A DNA stretch of 32,000 nucleotides from Pseudomonas aeruginosa (GCF_001457615.1 NZ_LN831024.1:5460001-5492000), one strand, 5' to 3'; counted from the stretch's first letter, positions 8,306 through 17,747 are shown. The notes: generated by a model from the sequence alone, not told the origin. Numbers and translations: made by a program.

Positions 8306-8845
8306 ATGGAACAGCCCGGCCGCGAAGATCGCCTGAACGCCTGGATCGCCACCGAACGGGCCGCCCGCGCCCGCCTCGGCGCCAGCGGAACCCTGGAGCT
8401 GGCGCAAGTCGCCGCGCTCTCCCCGCAGGAGTTCTTCGACCGCATCGGCAGCGGCCAACTGCCCTGTCCGCCCTACGGCGAACTGGTCGACTTCGTTCCC
8501 ATCGAGTGGTCCGAAGGGCGCTTCCTGTTCCAGGGCACCCCGGACCGCCGCCACTACAATCCGCTGGGTAGCGTGCACGGCGGCTACGCCGCGTCGCTGC
8601 TGGACTCCTGCATGGGCTGCGCGATCCATACCCGGCTCCAGGCCGGCCAGGGCTATACCACCACCGACCTGCGGATCAGCTACCTGCGCGCGCTGACCGA
8701 CAAGGTCGGCCCGGTGCGTGCCGAAGGCCGGGTGGTGCACCTCGGCCGCTCGACGGCGGTCGCCGAGGGCCGGTTGTACGATGTCGACGACCGTCTCTAC
8801 GCCGTCGGCTCGACCACCTGCCTGGTCCTGCACATGGCCGGATGA
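8306..8845 (+). CDS. PaaI-family hotdog thioesterase
   Basis: 179 aa with GxxHGGYAASLLDSCMGCAIHTRLQAGQGYTTTDLRISYLR, the classic PaaI-like hotdog motif. The ATG at 8306 is preceded by GACAGGAGCAC. Confidence 0.88.
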   Translation: MEQPGREDRLNAWIATERAARARLGASGTLELAQVAALSPQEFFDRIGSGQLPCPPYGELVDFVPIEWSEGRFLFQGTPDRRHYNPLGSVHGGYAASLLDSCMGCAIHTRLQAGQGYTTTDLRISYLRALTDKVGPVRAEGRVVHLGRSTAVAEGRLYDVDDRLYAVGSTTCLVLHMAG

Positions 8846-8912
8846 ACGCGGCTTCGCCAGGGAAGGCCGCCAGGCGTTAAGATGACGACCTGCATTCCAA
8901 GGTATCGAAGCC

Positions 8913-9473
8913 ATGCGTTATCCCGAAGACCACAAGCAGAAGACCCGCCGGCGTATCGTCGAGGAGGCTGCCCGGCTGTTCCGCCAGGACGGCGTCGGCG
9001 CCACCGGGCTGCAACCGCTGATGAAGGCCCTGGGCCTGACCCATGGCGGCTTCTACGCGCACTTCAAGTCCAAGGACGACCTGGTGGAAACCGCGTTGCG
9101 GCATGCCGCGGCGCAACTCGACGAAATCACCGCGCCCCTGGCGGAGGCGGAACGACCGCTGGCGCTGCTGATAGAGCAGTACCTGTCGCCGCGTCACCGC
9201 GATAACCCCGGCGCCGGCTGCCCGTTGCCGACCCTGTCGGCGGAACTCGGCCAGCGCGGCACGCCGAGCCCGACCACCGACAGCATCGTGCGCAAGCGCC
9301 TGGCGATGATCGAAGCGGCCCTGGAGGGCGAGGACGCAGGCGAGCGCGCCGTGCTGCTGCTCGCTTCGCTGGTCGGCGCGCTGCAACTGTCGCGCAGCGT
9401 GCAGGATGAGGCGCTGTCGCAACGGATACTGGAAGCGACGCGCAAGAAGCTGCTGGAGCAGATGGAGCGCTAG
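8913..9473 (+). CDS. TetR-family transcriptional regulator
   Basis: 186 aa: TRRRIVEEAARLFRQDGVGATGLQPLMKALGLTHGGFYAHFKSKDDLVETAL, a canonical TetR N-terminal HTH. Confidence 0.93.
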   Translation: MRYPEDHKQKTRRRIVEEAARLFRQDGVGATGLQPLMKALGLTHGGFYAHFKSKDDLVETALRHAAAQLDEITAPLAEAERPLALLIEQYLSPRHRDNPGAGCPLPTLSAELGQRGTPSPTTDSIVRKRLAMIEAALEGEDAGERAVLLLASLVGALQLSRSVQDEALSQRILEATRKKLLEQMER

Positions 9474-9477
9474 GGCC

Positions 9478-10275
9478 TCAGCCGAGGTAGCGCTCGGCCG
9501 GCCGCTGCCGCGACAGATTGGGCGCGAGCCTGGCCCGCGCCGTCATCAGCGCCTGCCAATCGGCCGCATCCGGCAACGACGGGATGGTCACCGCTTCACG
9601 CCGATCGAAACCGACCAGCGCTGCCTCCACCAGATCCTCGACCTCCATCACCATCTCCGCGGGAATCCCGGCGATTCCGGCGCCGCTGCGCTCCCAGATC
9701 TCGGTACGGGTGACGCCGGGCAGCACCGCCTGGACGTAAACGCCGCTGCCGGCCAGCTCGTGCTGCAGCGACTGGCTCAGGCTCAGCACGTAGGCCTTGG
9801 TCGCGCTATAGACGGCATTGAACAACTCCGGCGCCAGCGCCACCACCGAACCAAGGTTGACGATGGCGCCGCCGCCACGCCGGCGGAACCCCTCCGCCGC
9901 GCCGGCAGCCAGGCGGGTCAGGGCCACTACGTTGAGGGCGATCATCCGCTCCGCCCGGTCCATGTCGGCATCGGCCAGCGGACCGTTCATCGCCACGCCG
10001 GCGTTGTTCACCAGCAACGCGATCGAGGCGTCGTCGCGCAACCGTCGCTCGACCCGCAATCTATCGTCGCGCTCGGACAGGTCGGCGCGCAGGATCTCCA
10101 CCCTGACCCCGTGGGCTTGGCGAAGTCGATCCGCCAGGGCTTCCAGGCGTTGCCGGTCGCGCGCCACCAGCAACAGGTCGTGGCCACGGCGGGCCAAGTG
10201 CTCGGCGTAGGTCGCGCCGACTCCGGAAGAGGCGCCGGTGACCAGGGCGACGCCATTGCCAATCTGTTCGTTCAT
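9478..10275 (-). CDS. short-chain dehydrogenase/reductase
   Basis: 265 aa: MNEQIGNGVALVTGASSGVGATYAEHLARRGHDLLLVARD, NNAG and YSATKAYVLSLS (YxxxK). Confidence 0.93.
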   Translation of the reverse strand: MNEQIGNGVALVTGASSGVGATYAEHLARRGHDLLLVARDRQRLEALADRLRQAHGVRVEILRADLSERDDRLRVERRLRDDASIALLVNNAGVAMNGPLADADMDRAERMIALNVVALTRLAAGAAEGFRRRGGGAIVNLGSVVALAPELFNAVYSATKAYVLSLSQSLQHELAGSGVYVQAVLPGVTRTEIWERSGAGIAGIPAEMVMEVEDLVEAALVGFDRREAVTIPSLPDAADWQALMTARARLAPNLSRQRPAERYLG

Positions 10276-10337
10276 GTGGGTTCTCGCTGGAAAAAAGCCT
10301 GACCGCTGACAGCGGCTGTTTATATTACACACTTAAT

Positions 10338-10351
10338 ATTATGACCATAAT
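10338..10351. promoter_or_regulatory. palindrome ATTATG-AC-CATAAT, candidate regulator-binding site
   Basis: Perfect 6-bp arms in an AT-rich island about 63 nt upstream of the SDR start, shared with 8253-8266. Confidence 0.5.
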
Positions 10352-10505
10352 TAAAACCGTCAAGCCTTTATCCGTTCCAACGAGCAGGGAGGGATGAGGA
10401 AAACCTTCATGCAACCGTCACGGAAAACGCCAATAAAAGGTCAGGACCCACACCACCCCGACATGCCCTACCATGGCGTTGTCTATCGCGGGAGGATCAT
10501 GCGTC

Positions 10506-11123
10506 ATGTATCACGGTGAAAGACTCAATGCCTGGACCCACCTGATCGGTGCGGTCGCCGCCTGTACCGGCGCCGTCTGGCTGACGGTCCAGGCGAGCCT
10601 CAACGGCAGTCCGTGGAAGATCGTCGGGGTCGGCGTCTACGGCGTCACCCTGACGCTGCTCTACAGCATCTCGACCGCCTACCACAGCGTGCGCGGGCGA
10701 GCGAAGGTGGTGATGCGCAAGCTCGACCACCTGTCCATCTACCTGCTGATCGCCGGCAGCTACACGCCTTTCTGCCTGGTCACGCTGCGCGGTCCCTGGG
10801 GCTGGACGCTGTTCGGCATCGTCTGGGGCCTGGCCGTGCTCGGCATGCTCCAGGAGATCAAGCCACGCTCCGAGGCGCGGGTGCTGTCGGTGGTGATCTA
10901 CGCGGTGATGGGCTGGATCGTGCTGATCGCGGTGAAACCGCTGCTCGCCGCCCTCGGCAGCGCCGGCTTCACCTGGCTGGCGGCCGGCGGCGTGCTCTAT
11001 ACCGTAGGGATCGTCTTCTATGCCTATGACCACCGCTTCCGCCACTGGCATGGCATCTGGCACCTGTTCGTGATCGCCGGCAGCCTCCTCCACTTCGTGG
11101 CGATCTGGCGCTACGTACTCTAG
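10506..11123 (+). CDS. hemolysin III family membrane protein (YqfA/TrhA-like)
   Basis: 205 aa: MYHGERLNAWTHLIGAVAAC...STAYHSV...LDHLSIYLLIAGSYTPFCLV...FYAYDHRFRHWHGIWHLFVIAGSLLHFVAI. Confidence 0.9.
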   Translation: MYHGERLNAWTHLIGAVAACTGAVWLTVQASLNGSPWKIVGVGVYGVTLTLLYSISTAYHSVRGRAKVVMRKLDHLSIYLLIAGSYTPFCLVTLRGPWGWTLFGIVWGLAVLGMLQEIKPRSEARVLSVVIYAVMGWIVLIAVKPLLAALGSAGFTWLAAGGVLYTVGIVFYAYDHRFRHWHGIWHLFVIAGSLLHFVAIWRYVL

Positions 11124-11129
11124 GCGCGG

Positions 11130-11164
11130 TCCGGCGCGAAGCAGCGGGAGCTGGTCGCGCCGGA
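11130..11164. terminator. inverted repeat between convergent genes, possible transcript-end structure
   Basis: TCCGGCGCGA-N15-TCGCGCCGGA with perfect 10-bp arms between convergent stop codons. No clear T-tract. Confidence 0.4.
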
Positions 11165-11167
11165 GGC

Positions 11168-12022
11168 TCAGCCCTTCTTCGTCCGCGACAGCGCGATGCA
11201 CGCCACCACGATCAGCACGCCGCCGGCGATGGTCAGCGCGTCCGGCACCTCGCTCCAGAACAGCCAGCCCCAGCCGGCGTTGAAGACGATGCCGATATAG
11301 CGGGTCACCGCAACGATGGTCGCGCTCTCGTGACTGAAGGCGCGGGTTAGGAACACCTGGCCGAGTAGCGATACGACCCCGATGGCCAGCAGCAGCCCCC
11401 ACTCGCGCAGCGTCGCCGGCACCACGAAGTCGTTCCACATCAGCGGGATGGCCACCAGGGTGGCCACCGCCAGGAAGTAGAAGACGATCTCGTAAGTATG
11501 GTGCCGCGCGCTCAGTTGGCGGATCGCCACCGAGGCACCGGCGGCGAACACCGCACTGAGCAGGCCGACCACGGCGTATACCGAGTAGCTGGAATAGCTG
11601 AACGGCTTGACGATCATCAGCGCGCCGAGCACCACCACCAGCAACAGCCAATAGACCGCCCGGGGAATCCGCTCGCCGAGGAACAGCGCGGAGAAGAGGA
11701 TGACGAAGAACGGCGACATGTGCGCCAGGATGCTCGCGTCCGCCAGCGGGATATGGGCGATGGCGTAGAAATAGCAGACCAGGTACAGCGCCCCCATCAC
11801 CCCGCGCACCAGCAGCATCGGCACGCCCTGGCGCGACAGGGCGACACCGGCCTGGCGCATCAGCAGATAGATCAGCAGGGTACCGATGGCGCTGCGGAAG
11901 AACACGATCTCGGCAGCCGGCAGGGTGGCGCTGGCTTCCTTGACCAGGGCGTTCATCACGCTGAAGGTGAAGGACGCCAGCACCGCCAGCAGCACCCCGC
12001 TCTTCAGCAGGTCGAGCACCAT
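11168..12022 (-). CDS. cntI: EamA/DMT-family inner-membrane exporter, metallophore (pseudopaline) export
   Basis: 284 aa: [31 protein letters not shown]...[16 protein letters not shown]...[27 protein letters not shown], with ten predicted TM helices. Fourth gene of the operon, overlapping the 3' end of cntM. Confidence 0.9.
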   Translation of the reverse strand: MVLDLLKSGVLLAVLASFTFSVMNALVKEASATLPAAEIVFFRSAIGTLLIYLLMRQAGVALSRQGVPMLLVRGVMGALYLVCYFYAIAHIPLADASILAHMSPFFVILFSALFLGERIPRAVYWLLLVVVLGALMIVKPFSYSSYSVYAVVGLLSAVFAAGASVAIRQLSARHHTYEIVFYFLAVATLVAIPLMWNDFVVPATLREWGLLLAIGVVSLLGQVFLTRAFSHESATIVAVTRYIGIVFNAGWGWLFWSEVPDALTIAGGVLIVVACIALSRTKKG

Positions 12023-13305
12023 TGGCGATAGATGGCGTCCGCCGCCGGACGGCTGTCGATCGGATACAGGCTTGGATGGCACTGGCTCGCTCCTTGGCAA
12101 TCGATGAATCGGGACACGGCGTTCTCGTAGCTCGCCAACAGGCTGCGCGCCTGCGGCATGGCCAGGTCGAAGTGGGCGGCCAGCGCGACGATCAGCGCCA
12201 GCTTGCGATAGTCCTCCAGCGGCACCCGCGGGAGCCGCCAGAGTCCGTCTTCGTCGCGACTGACGCGGCGGAACGGCACGGCGGAAAAGTCGAAGTGGCG
12301 ACCCTGCTCGTCGGCCGGAGAGAACGGATCGACCAGCAACGCCGCGTAGCGCACGAACAGCAGGTATTCCTGGCGCTCGGCGCCGGCCTCGGCGAAGCCG
12401 TCGATGGCCGCGCGCGGCAGCATCGTCTCGTGCACCGGGTAGTTGTCGTCGTTGAGGAACCGCAGCAGGTTCAACGGCTCGGCGCCCATCCGCCGCAACA
12501 GTTCGCTCAGCTCGCACCACAGCCGCCGCATGGCGCCAATGGCCCCGGGGGTGATAGGTCCCTCCGGGTAGAGCTTGTACATGAAACCGGGCGGCCCCTG
12601 CTCGGAAAGTATCCGGGCGAGGGCGAACTCGCCGAGAAAGAACGGACTGTGCACGTAGGTGGTGACGTTGCGGCCCTCCGCCGCTTCCGGCGTCGCCAGG
12701 GGTACCACCTCCACCCCGCTGCCGGCCAGGACTCGCCGCCAGGTCTCCCGCGCCGGGCAGTCCGGCCGGCTGGAACCCAGGTAGACCCTGCGCTTGACCG
12801 CCTTGGTCAGGGCCCGCAGCGGTTGTGTCTCGTCGATCACCTTGGTCGCCGCGTAGTAGCTGGACAGGCTCAGCACGGTCGCCTGGCACCCCGCCGGCAG
12901 GGCGCTGCGCACCAGCAGGTTGGCGCCGATGAAGGCGGACACCAGCAGCAGCGTGCGCACCCCGCCGAGTTGCTCCCAGGGCAACCCGCGGACCACGTCC
13001 AGGTAGCTGTCGGCCGGCACGCAGAGCACCAGGGTCTGCCAATCGTCGCGAAGCTCAGCGGGGTCCTGGTGGAAGACGTCCAGCGCGGCGTTGCCGGACA
13101 GCCAGCGATGCTGCCCCTGCCCTTCCAGCTGCAGGCAGGCGCCGCGCGCCAGGGCCTCGGCGATCCGCTGGCTGCGCCGGCCGGGATGGTTCAGCGCGCC
13201 GAGGCGACCGGCACCGTGGCGGCGCAGGTCCAGCGCGACCTGGATCGCCACCGCGCCCAGACCGACCAGCAGGACGTTGCCCAGGCTCTCATCAGCGGCA
13301 TTCAT
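12004..13305 (-). CDS. cntM: opine metallophore dehydrogenase
   Basis: 433 aa with an N-terminal Rossmann motif [21 protein letters not shown] and staphylopine-dehydrogenase-like body ([26 protein letters not shown]). Confidence 0.92.
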   Translation of the reverse strand: MNAADESLGNVLLVGLGAVAIQVALDLRRHGAGRLGALNHPGRRSQRIAEALARGACLQLEGQGQHRWLSGNAALDVFHQDPAELRDDWQTLVLCVPADSYLDVVRGLPWEQLGGVRTLLLVSAFIGANLLVRSALPAGCQATVLSLSSYYAATKVIDETQPLRALTKAVKRRVYLGSSRPDCPARETWRRVLAGSGVEVVPLATPEAAEGRNVTTYVHSPFFLGEFALARILSEQGPPGFMYKLYPEGPITPGAIGAMRRLWCELSELLRRMGAEPLNLLRFLNDDNYPVHETMLPRAAIDGFAEAGAERQEYLLFVRYAALLVDPFSPADEQGRHFDFSAVPFRRVSRDEDGLWRLPRVPLEDYRKLALIVALAAHFDLAMPQARSLLASYENAVSRFIDCQGASQCHPSLYPIDSRPAADAIYRQWCSTC

Positions 13306-14093
13306 CGACCGGCCTTCTCCAGGATCAGGGTGTCGTACAGCGGCTGGCTGACCCGCTCCGCGCAAACCCGCCAGCCCTCCAGTTCGGCCGGTTCCACCGG
13401 GTAGTTGAACAGTCCCTTGATGCCGCTGCCGTGACGCAGCAGGACCTTGGCGTCGGCGCGCATGACCTGGCGGATCTGCGCCAGCACCGCGCTTTTCTGC
13501 TGCACCAGCGAAGCGATCAGGAAATGCGTGGCATCGCGGGAAAACGCCAGTTCCGCCGGCGGCAGCGAGGAAAACTGCATGCGCGCCTCCAGCCCCTGGC
13601 AGCGGGCGATCTCGCGGGCACAGCCCAGGGCCTCCTCGTCGATGTCCAGGCAGCACAAATGTGCGCCGACCTCCCGCGCCAGCACCAGGGCCGAGGTCGG
13701 CAGGGCACCGGAGCCGACGAACAGGACCCGTGCATCGGCATCTATCCCGGCGCTGTCGAGTTCGCCGCGGATGGATTCCAGCAGGCTACCCAGGTAGCGG
13801 CCCATCTCGCCGGGTTCATGCAGCACGCCCTGGCAAAGGTGCTTCTCCAGTTCGCAGAGGGCCTGCACCGCCGCGTCGCGCAGGCGCAGGCCGAGCGCCT
13901 GCAACGCAGGATCGTCCGAATCGGCCTGCCACTGCGCCCGGCTGCAATCCTCCCCGATCAGTCCGCTCAGACGGTCGAGCTTGCGCCTGAGGATCTCGTA
14001 GCAGCCGCAACACTCGCGGGCATAGACGGTGAGCAGGCGAATCTCGCATTCCAGTTCGCGGAGGGTTTCCAGCAGCGGTGTGCGTCCTTGCAT
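13302..14093 (-). CDS. cntL: nicotianamine synthase-like aminobutyrate transferase
   Basis: 263 aa with a SAM-binding-like core [48 protein letters not shown] and [21 protein letters not shown] overlap with cntM and adjacent to the TonB receptor. Confidence 0.92.
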   Translation of the reverse strand: MQGRTPLLETLRELECEIRLLTVYARECCGCYEILRRKLDRLSGLIGEDCSRAQWQADSDDPALQALGLRLRDAAVQALCELEKHLCQGVLHEPGEMGRYLGSLLESIRGELDSAGIDADARVLFVGSGALPTSALVLAREVGAHLCCLDIDEEALGCAREIARCQGLEARMQFSSLPPAELAFSRDATHFLIASLVQQKSAVLAQIRQVMRADAKVLLRHGSGIKGLFNYPVEPAELEGWRVCAERVSQPLYDTLILEKAGR

Positions 14094-14122
14094 GGCATGG
14101 CTTCCTGGCGGCGGTAGAGGGC

Positions 14123-16249
14123 TCAGTAGTTCAGGGTCAGGCTCATGGTCAGGTTGCGCGGCTCGCCGGGGGCGACCCAGACGTTGTTATAGGAACGCTC
14201 GTAGTAGCGACGATCGAAGAGGTTGTTGACGTTCACCCCGAGGGTGGCATTGCTCGCCAGCGGATAGCGCGCGAGCAGGTCGACGGTGGTGTAGGCCGGC
14301 AGTTCGAAGCCGCTGTCGCTGCTGTCGCCGGCGCGCTCGCCGACATAGTTGACCGCCGCGCCGGCATCGGCGCCGTGCAGCCAGCCTTCGCGGAACTCGT
14401 AGACGCCCATCAGGCTGCCGCTGTGCTTCGGCACGTTGAGCAGGCGGCTGCCGCGAGCGATGTTCTCATCCTTGGTCACTTCGGCGTCGATATAGGCGTA
14501 GGCGCCGATCAGCCGCAACTGCTCGGTGAGCTGGCCGCTGAACTGCAGGTCGAAGCCCTGGCTGCGCGCCTCGCCGGCGGTCTGCTGGTAACCGGGATTG
14601 CTCGGGTCGGCGGTGAGCACGTTCTTCTTTTTCAGGTGGAACGCGGCGAGGGTCATGCCCAGCCGGCCATCGAGCAGGTCGAGCTTCACCCCCGCCTCGT
14701 AGCCGCGCCCCTCCTCCGGGTCGAAGGCCTTGCCGGCCATGTCGGTACCGCCATTGGGCTTGAAGGATTTCGAGGCGTTGGCGAACAGGCCGACCTCCGG
14801 GGTCGCCTGGTACAGCACGCCGATGCGCGGGGTGGCGGCACGCTGGGTCTGCTGCGAGCTGGTGTCGCGGAAGCGGCCATTGTTCAGGCGCGTGGCGTTC
14901 ATGTCCTGGCGGTAGCGGTCGAAGCGCACGCCGAGCAGGCCGCGCCATTTCTCGCTGAACTCGATCTGGTCCTGCAGGTTGAGGGCCATCGCGTCGACTT
15001 CCTCGTGGTTGCGGTCGTCGCGTCCGAAGGGTGGTTTCGGCTGGCCGTAGACCGGCCGGCGGATGTCGATGGCATAGGGGTTGCGCGACGGGATGCTACG
15101 CAGGATCAGTTCGTCGTTGTGGTAGCGCTCGTACTCGAGGCCCATCAGCAACTGGTGGCGGATCGAGCCGGTATGGAGGTCGCCGAGCAGGTCGAGCTGG
15201 GTGATGCTGTCGTGCCACTCGAAGTCGCGGTAGCGGTACTCCCGGCGCAGGCTGTAGCCGTCGGCGGCGAGGCTGGAGTTCTCCGAGGCGTAGCCGTCCA
15301 GGTGGCCATGCTTGTAGTGGCTGGCCAGGCGCAGGCTCCACTGCTCGTTGAAGTGATGGCGCAGGGTGGCCTGGAGGGTTTCGTTGTTGTTGTCGATCTT
15401 GCCGTCGTCCGGTTCGCCGAAGAACCGCGAGCGCGGCAGGCTGCCCAGGTGGTTGTGCGGCGCCACGGTGCCGCGGTCGAAGACCTGGCGGTTGCGCACC
15501 ACCTCGGCTTCCACCAGCAACGAGGTGTCCGGGTCCAGTTGCCAGCTGAACGATGGCGCCACCAGCAGGCGCTGGCCGTCGGCGTAGTCGCGGAAGCCCT
15601 TGCTGTCCTCCACCGCCAGGTTCATCCGGTAGAGCAGGTCGCCCTCTTCGTCCAGCGGCGTGTTCAGGTCCAGGGTCGAGCGGTAGCGGTCCCAACTGCC
15701 GGCGCTGGCATGCAGGCGGGCGAAGCGCTCGGCCTGGGGCTTCTTGGTCACCAGGTTCACCGTGCCGCCGGGATCGCCGCGCCCGTAAAGGCTGGAGGCC
15801 GGTCCCTTGAGGATTTCCACGCGCTCGATGGTGGCGCTGTCCGGGGCGTTCATATAGCCGCGGTTGGCGCTGAAGCCGTCGCGGTAGAACTCCGAAGTGG
15901 TGAAGCCACGGACGTTGTACTCGAACATCGTCAGGCCGCCGAAGTTGTTCTGCCGCGAGACCCCGCCGGCGAAGTCCAGCGCCCGTTCGATACGAGCGCT
16001 GTCAAGGTCGTCGAGCACCTGGCGCGGCACCACGCTGATGGCTTGCGGGATGTCCTCGATACGGGTGTCGGTGCGCGTCGCGCTGGCCGTCCGATTGGCC
16101 CGGTAGCCCTGCACCGGGCCCGCCGCGCGCTCCGCTTCGGCGGTGACAGTGAGGACCTCAAGCTCCGCGGGACTTTCCGTTTCCGCCCAGAGCGCCGGAC
16201 TGCTGCAACCGAGGCCGACACCGAGGACAAGCGACACACTGACTCTCAT
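14123..16249 (-). CDS. cntO: TonB-dependent outer-membrane receptor for the opine metallophore
   Basis: 708 aa: signal peptide MRVSVSLVLGVGLGCSSPALWA, plug IEDIPQAISVVPRQVLDD, GPASSLYGRGDPGGTVNLVTKKP, C-terminal barrel NLFDRRYYERSYNN...EPRNLTMSLTLNY. An alternative GTG start lies at 16261. Confidence 0.95.
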   Translation of the reverse strand: MRVSVSLVLGVGLGCSSPALWAETESPAELEVLTVTAEAERAAGPVQGYRANRTASATRTDTRIEDIPQAISVVPRQVLDDLDSARIERALDFAGGVSRQNNFGGLTMFEYNVRGFTTSEFYRDGFSANRGYMNAPDSATIERVEILKGPASSLYGRGDPGGTVNLVTKKPQAERFARLHASAGSWDRYRSTLDLNTPLDEEGDLLYRMNLAVEDSKGFRDYADGQRLLVAPSFSWQLDPDTSLLVEAEVVRNRQVFDRGTVAPHNHLGSLPRSRFFGEPDDGKIDNNNETLQATLRHHFNEQWSLRLASHYKHGHLDGYASENSSLAADGYSLRREYRYRDFEWHDSITQLDLLGDLHTGSIRHQLLMGLEYERYHNDELILRSIPSRNPYAIDIRRPVYGQPKPPFGRDDRNHEEVDAMALNLQDQIEFSEKWRGLLGVRFDRYRQDMNATRLNNGRFRDTSSQQTQRAATPRIGVLYQATPEVGLFANASKSFKPNGGTDMAGKAFDPEEGRGYEAGVKLDLLDGRLGMTLAAFHLKKKNVLTADPSNPGYQQTAGEARSQGFDLQFSGQLTEQLRLIGAYAYIDAEVTKDENIARGSRLLNVPKHSGSLMGVYEFREGWLHGADAGAAVNYVGERAGDSSDSGFELPAYTTVDLLARYPLASNATLGVNVNNLFDRRYYERSYNNVWVAPGEPRNLTMSLTLNY

Positions 16250-16273
16250 GGGAAATCGCACCAGAAAAGAAAT

Positions 16274-16286
16274 GATATACTATAAC
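16274..16286. promoter_or_regulatory. Zur-box-like operator in the cntO/DUF1624 divergent intergenic region
   Basis: Minus-strand GTTATAGTATATC (plus-strand GATATACTATAAC), an imperfect palindrome resembling the GTTATANNNTAAC-type Zur consensus. It is 25 nt upstream of the cntO ATG. Confidence 0.75.
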
Positions 16287-16390
16287 GCTACCAGTTCGAT
16301 TCCGGCCTCGCAATACAATGCCCGGCTCTATCTCGCGTCTCGCCGCCAGGCTGTGATACTCATCCCTCTTTTCCGACGACCAGCCCAGCC

Positions 16391-17545
16391 ATGCCCAACT
16401 CCATCTCCAATTCCTCCCGCCTGCACAGCATCGACGCCCTGCGCGGCCTGGTGATGCTGTTCATGCTGCTCGACCATGTCCGCGAGACCTTTTTCCTGCA
16501 CCGCCAGGTCGGCGACCCGATGGACGTCGCCAGCACCGAGCCGGCGCTGTTCCTCAGCCGCACCCTGGCGCACCTGTGCGCGCCGGTGTTCGTCTTCCTC
16601 ACCGGCCTGTCGGCATTCCTCTACGGCGAGAAGCACCAGGGACGCCGGGCGGTCTCGGCGTTCCTGTTCAAGCGCGGGTTGTTCCTGGTGGCGCTGGAAC
16701 TGACCCTGGTGAACTTCGCCTGGACCTTCCAGTTGCCGCCGACGGTGATCTACCTCCAGGTGATCTGGGCGATCGGCCTGAGCATGCTCGCCCTGGCCGC
16801 CCTGCTCTGGTTGCCGCGCCCTATGCTCGCGGCGCTCGGCGTGCTGCTGGTGGCCGGCCACAACCTGCTCGATCCGCTGCATTTCGCTCCCGGCTCGGCC
16901 TGGCACCTGCCGTGGGCGGTGCTCCACGACCGCGGCTGGATCGAAGCGGGCGATGCCCTGCGCCTGCGCACCTCCTACCCCCTGCTGCCGTGGATCGGTG
17001 TGATCGCCCTGGGCTATGCCGCAGGCAACTGGTTCAGCGGCGCCACGCCGGCAACCACGCGCCGACGCTACCTCCTGGCGGGCGGTGGCGGGCTGCTGCT
17101 CGGCTTCATCCTGCTGCGCCTGCTCAACGGCTATGGCGAGAAACCCTGGGCCTTCGGCGAGACGCCGGCGATCACCCTGATGGGCTTCTTCAACGTCACC
17201 AAGTATCCGCCGTCGCTGCTGTTCCTCGCCCTCACCCTGGGAATCGGCCTGCTGCTCCTGGCCTGGTTCGAACGCCTGGACTGGAGCGGTCGCGGCAAGG
17301 CCCTGGTGGCGTTCGGCGGAGCGCCGATGTTCTTCTACCTGCTGCATCTCTACCTACTGAAGCTGCTGTACCTGCTGGCGCTGGCGATCTGGGGCGCCAA
17401 CCGGGGCGACTACTTCGGTTTCTCCTCGGTGCCGGCGCTATGGCTGTGCAGCATCCTGCTGGCCGTGGCGCTGTACCCGGCGGTGCACTGGTTCGCCGGT
17501 TTCAAGGCGCGGCGGCGGGATATCGCCTGGTTGAAATACTTCTGA
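16391..17545 (+). CDS. DUF1624 / heparan-alpha-glucosaminide N-acetyltransferase-like membrane protein
   Basis: 384 aa: RLHSIDALRGLVMLFMLLDHVRETFF, LCAPVFVFLTGLSAFLYG and NVTKYPPSLLFLALTLG, with many TM helices. Confidence 0.88.
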   Translation: MPNSISNSSRLHSIDALRGLVMLFMLLDHVRETFFLHRQVGDPMDVASTEPALFLSRTLAHLCAPVFVFLTGLSAFLYGEKHQGRRAVSAFLFKRGLFLVALELTLVNFAWTFQLPPTVIYLQVIWAIGLSMLALAALLWLPRPMLAALGVLLVAGHNLLDPLHFAPGSAWHLPWAVLHDRGWIEAGDALRLRTSYPLLPWIGVIALGYAAGNWFSGATPATTRRRYLLAGGGGLLLGFILLRLLNGYGEKPWAFGETPAITLMGFFNVTKYPPSLLFLALTLGIGLLLLAWFERLDWSGRGKALVAFGGAPMFFYLLHLYLLKLLYLLALAIWGANRGDYFGFSSVPALWLCSILLAVALYPAVHWFAGFKARRRDIAWLKYF

Positions 17546-17720
17546 GGCGCGGAGCATCCAGGAGCCGCTGGAAACGTCCGGCCCTTCCCCCCCACGGGTA
17601 GGACGAATGATGCGAAGCGTTATCCGCCGGACACAGCAGGCAACCACGCCGACGTCCACCGCCGGCAGGGAAGTAGAAATGAAGGGTTGCGCGGAACTCC
17701 CAGACAACGGAAACGAAACG

Positions 17721-17747
17721 GCCGGCGGGCGCCTCGCGCCCGCCGGC
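17721..17747 (-). terminator. probable intrinsic terminator downstream of speA
   Basis: GCCGGCGGGCGc...GCGCCCGCCGGC near-perfect hairpin followed on the minus strand by CGTTTCGTTTCC. About 40 nt beyond the speA stop. Confidence 0.65.

Noticed and set aside
8869-8895. Possible third copy of the ATGACC motif just upstream of the TetR gene
   Set aside because: The actual sequence is TTAAGATGACGACCTGCATT. The spacing and right arm do not match the two better sites.
14078-16285. 735-aa plus-strand ORF
   Set aside because: Antisense to cntO. The composition (AVAxxVHxxEVE repeats) is a GC-bias shadow and the TonB receptor on the minus strand is unambiguous.
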